A stretch of 64,000 bases of DNA from the NCBI GenBank assembly GCA_965237955.1, contig OZ250169.1:2912001-2976000 (forward strand). The letters are read 5' to 3'. The position numbers and the translations under genes were made by a program. Origin of the DNA: Candidatus Marinacidobacterales bacterium (GTDB lineage: Bacteria > Acidobacteriota > Vicinamibacteria > Marinacidobacterales > SMYC01). The first letter of the stretch is position 1. Each line of letters opens with the position of its first letter. A model generated the notes under the pieces. That model was given only the letters and a program-made list of their open reading frames with translations. It did no database searches and was not told where the DNA came from. Below are positions 21,174 to 33,799 of this stretch, piece by piece.

Positions 21174-22442
21174 CGGTCGTGGAGATCCTCGTTTATTCGA
21201 ACGAGGCGACACCAATGCCCTGGGAGGGTGACGTTGCGGCCGGCGATTCGGGTCCCCCCGTACGCGCTGGGAAACAACGTCCAGAAACGGGATGCCATGC
21301 TCTCGGACAAAAGACCTGGATCCAGATCTGAGAAAAGATGGACATCTAGGAGGCCCGGGCCGCACCTGGACCAAAACGTGCTAGGCTCGCTACGCTGCGG
21401 TGGCCCTGGCCTCGATTCTGGGCCTCTCGGGCGAGCTTTTCGGACTGCACGGCCCTGTCAGCGTCCCGCTCCCCCCTTTGGCGCAAACGTGGCACTCGAA
21501 AATCGAGATTAGAGACGAAAAGCGAAAATGAAGCCTTTTCAGCCCTTCTAGCGCGTCTCTGGTGCCACCTGATCCTGCAAAACCCCGCCAAACGCGCGGA
21601 AAATCTCACCCGTCTCTGCAGGGCCGCAATTGGCAAGACTGGGTGGCGGATGAGGCAGTCTCGAGCCATCCGGTCTCGGCAAAAGGTATTTTGGCAATTT
21701 TGGGAGTCAGGATCGAACTTCTGGCCGTGCGCGTGGTTGGGGCAATGTAGCGAAAACTCAGAGAAGCCCTGATGCCCACAGCGTTCTATCCTGTTTTTTT
21801 ACAGTGACTTAACGGAAGCAACCACGTGCTGGTCCCCGCACATCTCATCGACGGGTGCTCGTTCCGAGCCGGAATCGAATTTGCTTCAATCAAATGTCTT
21901 GTACGGCAATCTCAACCTCCTGGACGCTTGAAAGAGGGCCGTGTCGTAAACCCTCCGGAGGCGGCTCCGACCGTTACTCATTGCCGCAAAAGGCTTTACG
22001 TCTCATCAGCGAATGTTCGTCGACGGGAACATCTTTCCGGCTATCGCAGTCGGGAGGCTCGAGTGGAGCTTCCGGTTCGTGGCTGGAAACGATCAGAAAC
22101 AGAGCACAACAGGCCATTAACGTGCAGTTTGGGGCGATTTTGGGGCTTATCGGGACGTTTTTGCGCTTAATCGTGCAGACAATGAGAAGAAGCTCAACGC
22201 CTAGATCGCGCCTGAGGAGAAGGCGAATAGCGGAATTCGAATTAGCCAAACCTCGAATTCATCCAGCGGAGTTTTACGGAGGAAACGAAGATGACTCCGC
22301 AGACGGTCCAGTACAAGGAGCTATCCGAGTCTGGAAACCATGACAGGGAATTTGGGCCAGTTTAAGTCTGATTGGTGGAGGCCAGTGTCGGAGAGCAGCT
22401 TGCTGCTAACCGAGGCCATTCACGAAGTGGGCGCTGGCAGGC

Positions 22443-23877
22443 TCACAGCGTTTTGACGAGCACTCGCTGTTTCTCCCAATCGTCGGGAAGCGGATGATGC
22501 AAGAGGTAGCTCGAGGTCAGCCCAACGGGCTGGCGGCCTTCGACAATGGCGCGGACGATGTCGGGAGCCAGGAAGGCATAACGGATTGCCTTGCGCACGC
22601 GGTCCGTTGGGATGGCGTTTTCGGTGGCAATCTGCTCATAGGTTTTGCCTGCTTTGATTCGGTCGAGCCAGGAGAGGGCGTTTCTGATATTGCGCAGGAG
22701 TGTGCGGTCGACGGATTTCGTGGGGTTGCCCAGAACGAGCTTGGTCTCGACGCCGCGTCGACGCAAGCGGAACGGTGCGAGGATGCGGAGTGCATCCTCG
22801 CGAATGCGGTCAGGTCCCATAGACAGGCAATCAGCGAACGCATTGCGGTCGAGCAGGATGGACACAGAGCCGGGGCTGATATCGACCTGCCGGATAAGAC
22901 GGAGCAGGGGGGCTGCCGAGGCACTATCATCATTAGTATCGGAACACAGCCCGTCTAAAAAGCGACGCACCGAGGCGAGCTCTTGCATCGTCGGAGTGTG
23001 GATCAACGAGGCCGAGAAGGTCGTGACATCCACATGCTGTCGGATGAGATGCACGACGGTCTGTTCCAGCATCGGGGCGGGCAGTCGCCAGCCGGAGAGG
23101 TCCTTTTGACCACTGTGCTGGATGAGGCGCCGGGAGACGTAGTAGCGGAGCCGTTGCCCGTTTTTCTTTTTGGTGTGGCTCGGCGTCAGCCGGTCCCCGG
23201 TCTCGTCGAAGAGCTTGCTTGCCAGTGGGGAGGGGGCTGCGCGGCCCTTCGTCGTGCGTCTCCTTGGTTTGGCAGCCCCTGCCTGCAGCTGCGCCTGGAC
23301 CGTGTCCCAGAGTTCCGGAGCAATGATCGATGGATGCTGGCCCTCGTAGACACGCCTCTGGTGCCGGATGCGGCCGGCGTAGAGAGGATTGGTCAGCAAG
23401 CAGTGGAGGTGCCCGCGACGGAACGGCAACCCGCCTGTCCGGGTTCCATCCGCGGCGAAGCGTCGCTTGGTGCGCAGTCTCAGACGGTCCGCCTCGGCCT
23501 TCACCTGCCGGAGCGTTCCGTGCTTCCGGTACAGCGCATAGAGCGTCCGGACCGTTTCGGCCTCAGCCTCGTTGATGCGCAGCGTGCGCTCGTCCTTCTC
23601 ATAGCCGAGCGGTACGCGGCCGCCCATCCATAGTCCCTTGCGCTTGGAGGCAGCGACCTTATCGCGGATCCGCTCGGCCGTGACCTCGCGTTCGAATTGT
23701 GCGAAGGACAGCAGCATATGCAGCGTCAGTCGTCCCATGCTGGTCGCGGTGTTGAAGGACTGAGTCACCGAGACGAAAACCGCGCCGGCCGCCTCGAGCC
23801 GCTCGACGAGCTTTGCAAAGTCGGAGAGGGAACGGGTCAGCCGGTCGACCTTGTAGACCACAATCTGGTCGACGAGA
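22443..23877 (-). pseudogene. Large serine recombinase, copy 2, 5'-truncated by IS5
   Basis: Begins at LVDQIVVYKVDRL; near-identical to 46631..48292. Confidence 0.9.
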
Positions 23878-24962
23878 GGCGTTGTTGCACGGCCCGGAGC
23901 AAATCGCTGACCTCCCTGTGCCGGTTGCAGAGTCACCCGGCGCAGTACGTATCGGGCATCCCGAGCGCAGCCATCTTGTTGAGTATCTCGCACCCAATTC
24001 GGTGTTCAACTCGTTGCCTCGCCAACGTTCGAGCCCGCATCTCCGGCCCGATGATCGCCTTGTAACGATAGACCGCGTTCTCCACCATGCTTCGCTTGGT
24101 GTAGCCTGAGAGCTTGTACCATTCACGTCGGCCGTGTCTTTCGATTGCACGAATATGGCGATCGCGCTCCTGCATGGCGGTGTTCGAATTCTGACTGAGC
24201 GTCGCGTTTCGTTGCGGCGGAATCACCACGCGCGTCCTTCGTCCAGGACTGTGCGCTTCGATGGCTTCGTAGACCGCTTCCTTGTCGTATGCACTGTCCG
24301 CCGCCACCGACACTAGAGGTGCTTGAATCTGTGTTAGCAAAGCGGGGACTCGGGTTGCGTCGCGAGCTCGTGACGCCGTCAGTTTGGACGCAACAATGTT
24401 CCCTGTCTCGCGATCAACGGCGATGTGCAACTTGCGCCATGCGCGCTGCTTTGGCGGTTTGCGAGCGTTTCCAACATGAATCCTCAAGCCCGTGCTATCG
24501 ATCATCAGGTGGATGGGTTGAGTGCTCGCGGCTTTCGGAATCCGCAGCTTCTTGCGGAGCAACCTCGAGCGCCGACACAACGTCGAGTAGTCCGGGATCT
24601 CGATACCGAGTCCGAGAAGCGAGGCGATCGAGTGCAAGAAGCCTTCGGTTTGTCGGTAGGCGAGCTTGTACACCATCCGGACAACCAGGCCCGTTTCAAT
24701 CGCCATGTCTGAATAGACCCGTTGACCGCCAGGCTTACCGGTCTTGTCGGCCTTCCAGTTCGCGATTGCCTCCTCGTCAAACCAGACTGTCAAATCGCCC
24801 CGGCGGCGCAGCCCTTCGTTGTATTCCGCCCAGTTGCGAACGTGGTACTTCTTCTGCTTCGCGTGCTTGTACTGGCAGCGCTTGGGATACTTCATGCTCG
24901 AACATACCTCGGCCACCACCATAGGCGGATTTCGCTCTCAGCCAGAGCGGTGCAACAACGCC
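23878..24962 (-). mobile_element. IS5-family element A, intact copy (transposase 23933..24895)
   Basis: 13-bp IR; uninterrupted DDE ORF; no TSD. Confidence 0.93.
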
Positions 24963-25141
24963 AACCTGAGTTGCGAAAAAACATCGTTCGTCGCTACTAC
25001 CAGGCCGGTCACATGGTCTATACACCTCAGTTCGAGTTGTCGAGATTCACCGAAGACGTGAAGGAATTCATCGTGAATGATGCAACGCCCGGCGCACACG
25101 CAGCACCTACGACGGCCAGCGTGGTCCGACATCGAGACTGA
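24963..25141 (+). pseudogene. S10 carboxypeptidase-like C-terminal fragment
   Basis: NIVRRYYQAGHMVY motif. Confidence 0.6.
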
Positions 25142-25146
25142 CCGTA

Positions 25147-25500
25147 CTAGCTCTTTCGGCGGCGGAGGTAAGCGCTCGCACCCGCGGCGGTCAGGACGCA
25201 CCAGGGGGCGAAGAGCGCTCCGGGCAGTGCCGTTTGGGGGCTGAAGTGCTCGAGAGCTAGAGCCACGCCCAGGCCGGCGTTTTGCATGCCAATCTCGATG
25301 GCGAGCGTCAGCTGGTGTCGCCGGTCGAATCGGTAGAGCTTTGCAAGGTGCCAGCCCACCGTGTATCCCAAGGCGTTCACGACCACGACGAAGACCGACG
25401 GGCCCACCGTGGCAATACGGGGCTGGTTTGCGGCAACGGCGTAGGAGCAGATGACAACGATGGCCACTGCGGCAACGGCCGGGCATATGCGCTCGGCCGT
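25147..25500 (-). pseudogene. Bile acid:sodium symporter C-terminal fragment
   Basis: TLAIEIGMQNAGLGVALA...ALPGALF. Confidence 0.8.
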
Positions 25501-25584
25501 TCGGGTATGTCGCCCCCGTCTCCTTGGAGTTGCGTACCAACATGCGCTATAACCCTCGGAGTGTAACCGTGTCGCTGTTTCGTT

Positions 25585-26460
25585 GCCTTGGTGCACAACT
25601 CCGATAGAGGCCGAGAGCTCGCTTGGCCCCGACTCCCATCATCCGATCATCTCGCTATCAGGCATCCCGAGCGCCGTCATGGTGTTGAGAATCTTGCACC
25701 CGATCCTTGCCTCGACTCTCTGTGCCGCCAACCCTCTCGCTCGCATCGCTGAGCCCACGATAGCCTTGTAGCGATGGAACGTTGTCTCGACTTTGCTCCG
25801 TTTGCTGTAGCCCGATTCTGTGTGCCACTTTCGTTTGCCGAGCCGAGCTTGTGCTGCAATGTTGCGATTGCGCTGTCGGCTGCTCGCCGGCCCCTATGCG
25901 AGCTGGGCGCCCTTGCGCGGCGGTATCAGCACCCTCGGCGAGCGATGAGCGCTGTGATTCTCGATCGCCTCATAGACGCCGCTGGCGTCGTATGCGGTGT
26001 CAGCTCTGGCCGATGAGATGGGACTGTCGATCTGTCCGACAAGCGATGCAACCCGCGATGAATCGCGGGCTCTTTTGCTCGTCAGCTCGCCGGCGACGAC
26101 TTCGCCACTCTGCTCGTCGACACACAGATGGAGCTTGCGATAGTCCCTGCTCTTTGGTGCTCTGCGCAGCTGGCCGGCGTGGGCAGCGAGACCGCTGCTG
26201 TCGATCAAGATGTGCAACGGCGTCTTCTGCTTGTCTTGGTAGAAGGGGACCTTACCCAGCTTCGCCTTGCGCCTCGAGATCGTGGTGTGATCGGGCACAT
26301 CATTGTCTAGCTTCATCAGAGCGAACAACGATCGCAGCAATCCCTCGCTCTGCCTAGATGACAGATGAAACACCATGCCCAGGGTGACAGCCGTCTCGAT
26401 GGCGTGGTTCGAGTACTTGCGTTGACGGCCCGGTTTCCTCCTCCTCGGCCGGGCCCTCTG
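25585..26460 (-). mobile_element. IS5-family element B, degenerate and 5'-truncated by IS3
   Basis: PDHTTISRR, IDSSG, YRKLH, ADTAYD; internal stop and frameshift. Confidence 0.85.
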
Positions 26461-28160
26461 TGCCAACCTCCTTGAGACACTTCGCCCCTTGAAATTAGTG
26501 TAGAGGGCGGAGGAGGATCATGAATGACTACGTTGATTGAGAGAATGACCCCGGCGGGATCGGAAGGAGCCCGTAGGGCGACTGCAGATCGCGCCGGCCG
26601 CGATGCGGCAGGGGTCCCGGATCCCGAAGTGAGTGAGCAAGCGAAGCGTCGACGCTTTACCGCAGAGTACAAGCTGCGGATAGTGCGCGAGGCCGATGCT
26701 TGCAAGGGTGACGGGGATGTTGCGGCTCTTCTGCGTCGAGAGGGACTGTACTCGTCGCATCTTTCGAGTTGGCGTCGCCAACGTGACAAGATTGCCAAGG
26801 CGGGGTTGACATCGAGGAAGCGAGGACGGAAGGCGAAGGCAGAGGATCCACGGGTCAAGGAGCTCGAGCGCGAGAACGCGCGATTGAAGCATCGCCTGGC
26901 TCGGGTGGAGACGATGCTAGAGATCCAAAAAAAAACCTCCGAACTTCTGGGGATCCCCCTGAATCCACCAGACAGCGACGAGAACGATTGATGGTGGCGG
27001 CCGAGGAGCTGGCGGGACGAATTGGACAGACGGCGGAAGCCTGCGAGGCCCTTGGAATAGCTCGCTCCACGTTGTATCGCAGGCGCCAGACGGTAACGTC
27101 CAATGCGAAACGCCGCCCTCGGTCGCACCGAGCCCTCGATGTGACCGAACGTGAGCTGGTTCTCGGTGCCTTGCACTCCGAGCGGTTCGTCGACAAGGCG
27201 CCCGCTCAGGTGTGGGCCACGCTCCTGGACGAGGGAATCTACTACTGCTCGATCCGCACGATGTATCGGATTCTGGCGGAGAACGGAGAGGTCCGAGAGC
27301 GCCGGAACCAGCTGCGACATCCGAATTATCAAAAGCCGGAGCTGCTGGCCGAAGCGCCGAACCAGGTTTGGTCGTGGGATATCACCAAGCTGCGTGGCCC
27401 CGTCAAGTGGACCTACTACTACCTCTACGTGATTCTGGACATCTTCTCCCGTTACGTGACCGGGTGGATGTTGGCTCGACGAGAAAGCGCTGAGCTCGCT
27501 CGTCGTCTCATCAGCGAGAGCTGCCGCAAACAGAACATCGAACCAGACCAGCTCACCATCCACGCCGACCGTGGCAGCTCGATGCGAAGCAAGTCCGTAG
27601 CTATGCTCCTGGCTGACCTCGGCGTTACCAAGACCCACTCCAGACCTTACGTCTCGAACGATAACCCCTACTCCGAGTCCCAGTTCAAGACTCTGAAGTA
27701 TTGCCCTCAGTTTCCGAGCCGTTTTGGTTCCATCGAAGACGGCCGGCTGTTCTGCGGCGGCTTCCTCGACTACTACAATCACGAACGCCGGCACTCGGGA
27801 ATCGGCCTCATGACACCGGCCGCCGTTCACGATGGTCTCGCGGAACAGCTCACCACTGCCCGGCGCCAAATCCTCCTCGAAGCTCATCGGGCTCATCCCG
27901 AACGCTTCGTTCGCGGAATGCCACAGCCCCCCGTTTTGCCTCCTCAGGCCTGGATCAACCCGCCGCCGGAGAAAACGACGCGCCAGGAGGCCGCCGGAGC
28001 CACTTTCTCAAGGTGGTCCACACCTGGGGTACCCCCGGATTCAGGCCAACGCGACCAGATCTCGCCGCACGCAGACGGTGACCGCCCCGGGCCCACGAGT
28101 CTTACTGCATTGATTGAGGCTCACTAAATGCAGTCCGCGGGTGTCTCAAAGTTGTTGACA
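26461..28160 (+). mobile_element. IS3-family element, orfA 26524..26991 and orfB 26988..28127
   Basis: IR TGCCAACCTCCTTGAGACAC/TGTCAACAACTTTGAGACAC; WSWDIT, HADRG, NPYSESQF. Confidence 0.9.
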
Positions 28161-28179
28161 CGTTCCGGGGGCGCGTCCC

Positions 28180-29608
28180 CGTCCTGTGCCAAAACTCGGC
28201 CTTTTTTGAAATAGGCCATAAATCAGCAGCTTAGTGTCTGTGTTTGCGACCGGGCCAAGGGCCGTGGGCTTTACAATCGTCTTGGGCGGGCGGGTCGTCA
28301 CCATGCAGATGACCACCTGGTCGAGAGCGAATATCCAAGCGTGTTCCTGAAGGCGTTTCCACGCTACGCCGGTCGAGCCCGCCGAGGGGCTACCGTCGCC
28401 GACGACAATCTACGCGGCACGGCAGTAGTAGTTGAGAATGCCCCCAAGTCGCTCTCGCGACACGATGGGGCCAGCGTCATTCGCGCTTGCCGGCAGAGGT
28501 GTGATGAGCTCGTTGCCGAGACCTTGGTGGTTCCGTTCTGTGTGATAGTGCACTACGTATTCGGTTACCGCTGTGCGCAGGTGTCGCTCACTGAGAGGTA
28601 CGAAGCGGTCGAGACACTCTCGACGTATGGAGAGAACGAATCTTTCCGCATATGCGTTCAGATTCGGACTATTAGCGGGAAGGCGAAGGGGCTTCACGCC
28701 TGAATCTCTCAACAGCCCACGTACCGCCTCGGTGAATAGCGGGTCCCGGTCGTGGATGAGGTATCGCTTGCCAAGGAGGAAACCATCCCACATGTCAGTG
28801 AGGTTTCTTGCCACCTGCTTCATCCACTCCCCGTTGGGGTCCGACGTTATCCCACCGATGCACACGCAGCGAGTGGCGATATCGATGACAAACAGGACAT
28901 GGTAGCGGACGAGCCCGAACGGGTTCACAACCTCGACGGTGAACAGGTCTGTCGCAGCGATGGCGCCCCAATGAGCCTTGATGAAGGTGCTCCACGACAT
29001 GCTCCTGCCCCGCTCCGGCGCAGGCGCGATACCGTGCTCGGCGAGGACCCTCTTGATAGTGTTGCGTCCGAGTTCATGTCCGAGGTTCTTGAGTGCGTCT
29101 CGCAGGCGCGTATATCCCCACGTCGGGTTCTCCTGCGCCACGCGCACAATGAGCTCACGGATGTCCTTCGCCGTCGGAGGTCGGCCTGGGCTCCGGTTCT
29201 TGCTGCCATCGTACTTGGCTGCGATGAGACAGCGGTACCAACGCAGAAGCGTAGCGGGTGTGGCAACGGACGCAATCTGGGCCAGCGCCTCGCGGCCCAA
29301 AGCCTGGGCCTTGACCGCGAGCCTGCGCCGCTCGTCGTCCGAGAGCCTGAGACGCTTGCCCCGAAGCCCGGCTCGGAGCACACGGTTCTCCTCTTGCAGG
29401 TAGTCGATCACATCCTGCTGCTGGCGGTTGACCCAGCCAGCTAGAACGAGCAGTAGGAATTGCACGTGGTACGTCATCATGGAGCTGAAGATAACACCCT
29501 CGGGCCAGACGATTGTAAAGCCTACGGCCCTTGGCCCCGGCGCAAACACAGACACTAAGCTGCTGATTTATGGCCTATTTCAAAAGGGCCGAGTTTTGGC
29601 ACAGGACG
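28180..29608 (-). mobile_element. Full-length end-1 IS (1429 bp, ~100-bp TIRs)
   Basis: Inverted end-1 arms flank a single integrase ORF; no TSD. Confidence 0.93.
28410..29480 (-). CDS. rve integrase-core DDE transposase, 356 aa
   Basis: HTH ENPTWGY; ATDLF, IHDRD, NAYAERF triad; [10 protein letters not shown]. Confidence 0.9.
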   Translation of the reverse strand: MMTYHVQFLLLVLAGWVNRQQQDVIDYLQEENRVLRAGLRGKRLRLSDDERRRLAVKAQALGREALAQIASVATPATLLRWYRCLIAAKYDGSKNRSPGRPPTAKDIRELIVRVAQENPTWGYTRLRDALKNLGHELGRNTIKRVLAEHGIAPAPERGRSMSWSTFIKAHWGAIAATDLFTVEVVNPFGLVRYHVLFVIDIATRCVCIGGITSDPNGEWMKQVARNLTDMWDGFLLGKRYLIHDRDPLFTEAVRGLLRDSGVKPLRLPANSPNLNAYAERFVLSIRRECLDRFVPLSERHLRTAVTEYVVHYHTERNHQGLGNELITPLPASANDAGPIVSRERLGGILNYYCRAA

Positions 29609-29853
29609 GGTTCCCAGACCCAATATCTCGGAGCCCACACCCAGATGTTTTCACGTCGAAGTAGCAGCGCTGCGATGTGACTTGAAGTTGAATTCCGACC
29701 GCTTATTGGTGTATAAGATTTACGTCTACAAGTCGCCCTCCCCCTACTCGTGAGGAGGCACGCTATACCTGATTTCTCGGTTGCCTAACTGAACGCCCGT
29801 ACGGGGATCGCGTCCAACGCCACGCCGAAGGTGCGAGACAAGGAGGCCAGTTT

Positions 29854-30288
29854 ATGAAGCTGCTCAAGATCGCCCGGACTCCGGCGGTGACGATCGGAAC
29901 CGAGTCCACGGTCCGACACGCCGTGGAAACAATGGTTGACTGCGGTGCCGGCGCAGTCGTGGTGGTGGAGAACCAATCGGCGAAGGGCATCTTCACCGCT
30001 AGCGATCTCCTGAAGCGTGTGGTGGCCAAAGGAAGCCACTTGGATGAGACCCCAATCCGCGACGTGATGACCTCGCCGCCCATCGTTGCTGCCAGCAACA
30101 TCCATCATCGCGAGGCTCTCGCGATGATGACGAGCAACCACATTCGCCATCTTCCCATCATCGACCGCGGGGGGAACGTCGCCGGGATGCTATCGACGCG
30201 ACACTTGTTGAGGAACATGGTCGACGACCTGTCGCAGGAGCTCCACTCGCTCGACGCCTACTTCTCTGCCGACGGCATCGGCGGATGA
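29854..30288 (+). CDS. CBS domain protein
   Basis: GIFTASDL, IRDVMT, IRHLPII, GMLSTR; RBS ggagg. Confidence 0.9.
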   Translation: MKLLKIARTPAVTIGTESTVRHAVETMVDCGAGAVVVVENQSAKGIFTASDLLKRVVAKGSHLDETPIRDVMTSPPIVAASNIHHREALAMMTSNHIRHLPIIDRGGNVAGMLSTRHLLRNMVDDLSQELHSLDAYFSADGIGG

Positions 30289-30382
30289 TCCCGACTCGTG
30301 CTCGGGCCCCGTCACCAATACCATTCCGTACGGCTCGCGGATGAAACGGCGGATGCGTTTGACCTCACTGTCCGAGACACCC

Positions 30383-30608
30383 CGTCCTGTGCCAAAACTC
30401 GGCCCTTTTGAAATAGACCATAAATCAGCAGCTTAGTGTCTGTGTTTGCGACCGGGCCAAGGGCCGTAGGCTTTACAATCGTCTGGCCCGAGGGTGTTAT
30501 CTTCAGATCCATGATGACGTACCACGCGCAATTCCTACTGCTCGTTCTAGCTGGCTGGGTCAACCGCCAGCAGCAGGATGTGATCGACTACCAGCAAGAG
30601 GAGAACCG
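30383..30608 (+). mobile_element. Left end of the end-1 IS with the first ~33 integrase codons
   Basis: MMTYHAQF...QEENR, then another end-1. Confidence 0.88.
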
Positions 30609-31167
30609 CGTCCTGTGCCAAAACTCAGCCCTCTTGAAATAGACCACAAATCAGCAGCTTAGACGCCCTTGGAATCCGCCGACCCTTGGGCTGCGGGGCG
30701 AGCTGCGGGCAGCGGACTGCGCACCCGGAAGCCCCTCATTAGACTGGACTTTATCGAGCACAAGAGCGAACGTTCGGTGATGCCGCAGAATACAGGGGTT
30801 GGCCGGAACGTCGTTTTGGACGGTTTGGACTTCGCCAGCTTACAGCGGGTCTGGGAGCAGGCCTTCGGGGCTGCTCCCCCACGCTCGCTCTCTCGCGTTT
30901 TCATGCGCTGCGTTCTTGCGTACGAACGCCAGTGCCGGACCCATGGCTGGCATTCGGCCGCAACCCGGCGCGCTCTGGCCGCCATGGCGAACGGGACGCC
31001 AGGCAACGGCGGCGCCGCTCCCGCAGGGTCCGTTTCTGCCGGCACCCATCTCGTCCGCGAGTGGAATGGCCGGACCTACCAGGTCGAGGTAATCGACAAC
31101 GGCTATCGGTTCGATGGCAAAACCTATCCGTCCCTCACTACCATCGCAAAGCGAATCACCGGCACCC
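30609..31167 (+). mobile_element. end-1-capped DUF2924 module, truncated
   Basis: DUF2924 ORF cut at RITGT by end-1 at 31168. Confidence 0.85.
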
Positions 31168-31330
31168 CGTCCTGTGCCAAAACTCGGCCCTTTTGAAAAA
31201 CCATGTCTGTAATTTAATGCACCGTAAAGTCTTAGTGTCATTTTACCAACACTTAATGGCGGAAGCACCCATGAGGTCTGTGTGAGCGGCAGGGCTGCCC
31301 GATCGAACAACGGCTGCCTGACCAACAGTA
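31168..31330. mobile_element. Partial MITE-E
   Basis: Reverse complement of ~18717..18881. Confidence 0.8.
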
Positions 31331-32611
31331 TACTTCCGAGGTTTCGACGCCCGAACCGGCAAGCGCCTCTGGATCTTCCACACGCTCCCTGGGCCGGGCG
31401 AGTTCGGCAATGACACTTGGCTGAACGACTCCTGGCAGTACACGGGCAACACGGGAGTGTGGGCACAGGTCACCGTAGACGAAGAGTTGGGCATCGTCTA
31501 TCTGCCCGTCGAGATGCCGACGGGCGACTACTACGGCGGTCACCGGCACGGAGACAATCTGTTCGCCGATAGCCTCGTCGCGCTCGATCTCCATACGGGT
31601 GAGCGGATCTGGCACTTTCAGACCGTTCATCATGATATGTGGGATTGGGACCTGCCGTGCGCGCCGATTCTCGCCGACATCGTCGTCGATGGCCGGCCCA
31701 TCAAAGCCGTCGCCCAGCCGACCAAACAGGGATTCGTGTTCGTCTTCGACCGGGCAACAGGGGAGCCGGTCTGGCCGATCGAGGAGCGTCCCGTCCCCCA
31801 AACGGACGTACCGGGCGAGCGGACCGCACTCACCCAACCGTTTCCGACTAAACCGCCTCCCTTCGAGCGACAGGGCGTGAGTCTCGACGACTTGATCGAC
31901 TTCACCCCGGAGCTCGCAGCGCAGGCAGCCGCGCTCGTTTCGAGCTACCGGCTCGGTCCGATCTACACGCCGCCGTCACTCGCGAAGGCTCCGGATGGCA
32001 CCGAGGGAACCCTCATGATGCCGTCAGCCACCGGTGGTGCGAACTGGCCGGGCGGCTCACTCGATCCGGACACCGGCATCCTCTACATCTACTCCAAGAC
32101 TCAGATTACACGGTTGGCGCTCGAGAACGATCCGCAACGCTCGAACATGGATTTCATTTTAGTGCGCCGTCGCGGCGCCCCGCCGTTGAACATCGACGGC
32201 CTGCCGATCGTGAAACTGCCATGGGGACGTATCACCGCGATCGATCTCAACGAGGGCGAAATCGTATGGCAGGTGGCGCACGGAGAGACGCCAGACAACA
32301 TTCGCGAGCATCCGGCCCTACAGGGTGTGACGATCCCCCGAACCGGCCAGGTGGGACGCATCGGTACACTCGTCACGAAGACTCTCGTGATCGCCGGCGA
32401 TGGCACGCTATTCACGACACCATCCGGTGAGGAGGGTGCCATGCTGCGCGCCTACGATAAGGCGACGGGCGAAGAAGTAGGGCAGGTGTTCATGCCCGGG
32501 CCGGAGACCGGCTCTGCGATGACCTACATGTTGAACGGCGCACAGTACATCGTGCTCGCGACCGGCGGGAGAGCTACGGGGGCACTGGTCGCGTTCAAGC
32601 TTCCGTCGTAA
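31331..32611 (+). pseudogene. PQQ-dependent glucose/quinate dehydrogenase, 5'-truncated
   Basis: RGFDARTGKRLW, WHFQTVHHDMWDWD, GGANWPG, PWGRITAIDL. Confidence 0.88.
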
Positions 32612-32693
32612 TCCGACTCTGATCGAATCGTTGAAACGAAACTCACGATCGCATAGGCTGCCCGTCTCTGTCGATCACGTCTGGAGGGCTAAC

Positions 32694-33785
32694 ATGAAGG
32701 GGAGAGCTTCTCGCGTACTTGCGGCCTTGGCTCTGGCGGCAAACTGGGCATGTCAGCCGGTGCAGGCGCCCGATACCGCTATCGATAAGGCCGGACCGCC
32801 GCCGGGTGCCGTTTGGGAAGGCGAAGCGTTCACCTTTCAACAGGTTCGCGACGATATCTACCACGCCGTTGGTACGGGTAACTTGACCATCGGATGCAAC
32901 GGCAGCGTCATTATTAATGAGAACGACGTGCTCCTGGTGGACTCTCACATGACGCCGGCCGCTTCATGGGCGCTCTTGAAAGAGTTGAAAAGCATCACCC
33001 ACAAGCCCGTGCGCTACGTCGTGAATACCCATTTCCATTTCGACCACGCGCACGGCAACCAGACATTCGGCGAGGACGTCGAGATCATTGGCCACGAGTT
33101 CACCCGCGAGCAGCTAGTATCGGGGGCATCCATGGAAGGTCGCGCCTGGGACGCGTTCGTGGGAGGACTGCCGGAGCGGATCCAGGAAACAGAGAGCAAG
33201 CTCCAGATGGCCATCGACGCGACCGATCCGAACGCCGAAGCGGAACTGCGGAAACAAGTCTCGATTCTGAAGAATTATCAAGACGCGACGAATGCGATAG
33301 TCCCGACGCCGCCGACGATCACGCTGAGGAAGCGCATGACGCTCACACGCGGAGGCCGGGAGATTCAGCTCCTGTACTTCGGCCGCGGCCATACGGGTGG
33401 TGACGTCGTCGTCTACTTGCCGGAAGACAAGGCCATCGTAACCGGTGACCTCTTGACCAACGGCCTCGCCTATATGGGGAACGCCTACTTGAACGAGTGG
33501 GCCGACACGCTCGACGAGGTCAAGAAACTCGACTTCGACGTCGTACTTCCCGGGCATGGCCGTGCGTTCGAGGACATCGAGAAGATCGATCACTTCCAGG
33601 CTTATCTGCGCGATTTGTGGCCCAAGATCGTAGCCAAGCACGAGGCGGGCGTCAGTGAGGAAGAAGCAGCCCAAACGATCGATATGACGAACCACGCGGA
33701 GCATTTCTCTCAAATCGACGGGCCGGGCGTGCACCCTCACGCCGTGCAGCGCGCCTACGCGCTCCTCAACGGCACCGAGCACTAG
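32694..33785 (+). CDS. MBL-fold metallo-hydrolase, exported
   Basis: NTHFHFDHAHGN, GHTGGD, TGDL, PGHG. Confidence 0.9.
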   Translation: MKGRASRVLAALALAANWACQPVQAPDTAIDKAGPPPGAVWEGEAFTFQQVRDDIYHAVGTGNLTIGCNGSVIINENDVLLVDSHMTPAASWALLKELKSITHKPVRYVVNTHFHFDHAHGNQTFGEDVEIIGHEFTREQLVSGASMEGRAWDAFVGGLPERIQETESKLQMAIDATDPNAEAELRKQVSILKNYQDATNAIVPTPPTITLRKRMTLTRGGREIQLLYFGRGHTGGDVVVYLPEDKAIVTGDLLTNGLAYMGNAYLNEWADTLDEVKKLDFDVVLPGHGRAFEDIEKIDHFQAYLRDLWPKIVAKHEAGVSEEEAAQTIDMTNHAEHFSQIDGPGVHPHAVQRAYALLNGTEH

Positions 33786-33799
33786 CCGGAAGGACGACG

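Noticed and set aside
22443-23993. 516-aa recombinase as an intact gene
   Set aside because: The N-terminus derives from the IS5 end and the catalytic serine region is missing.
26316-27896. 526-aa minus-strand ORF
   Set aside because: Antisense shadow of the IS3 transposase.
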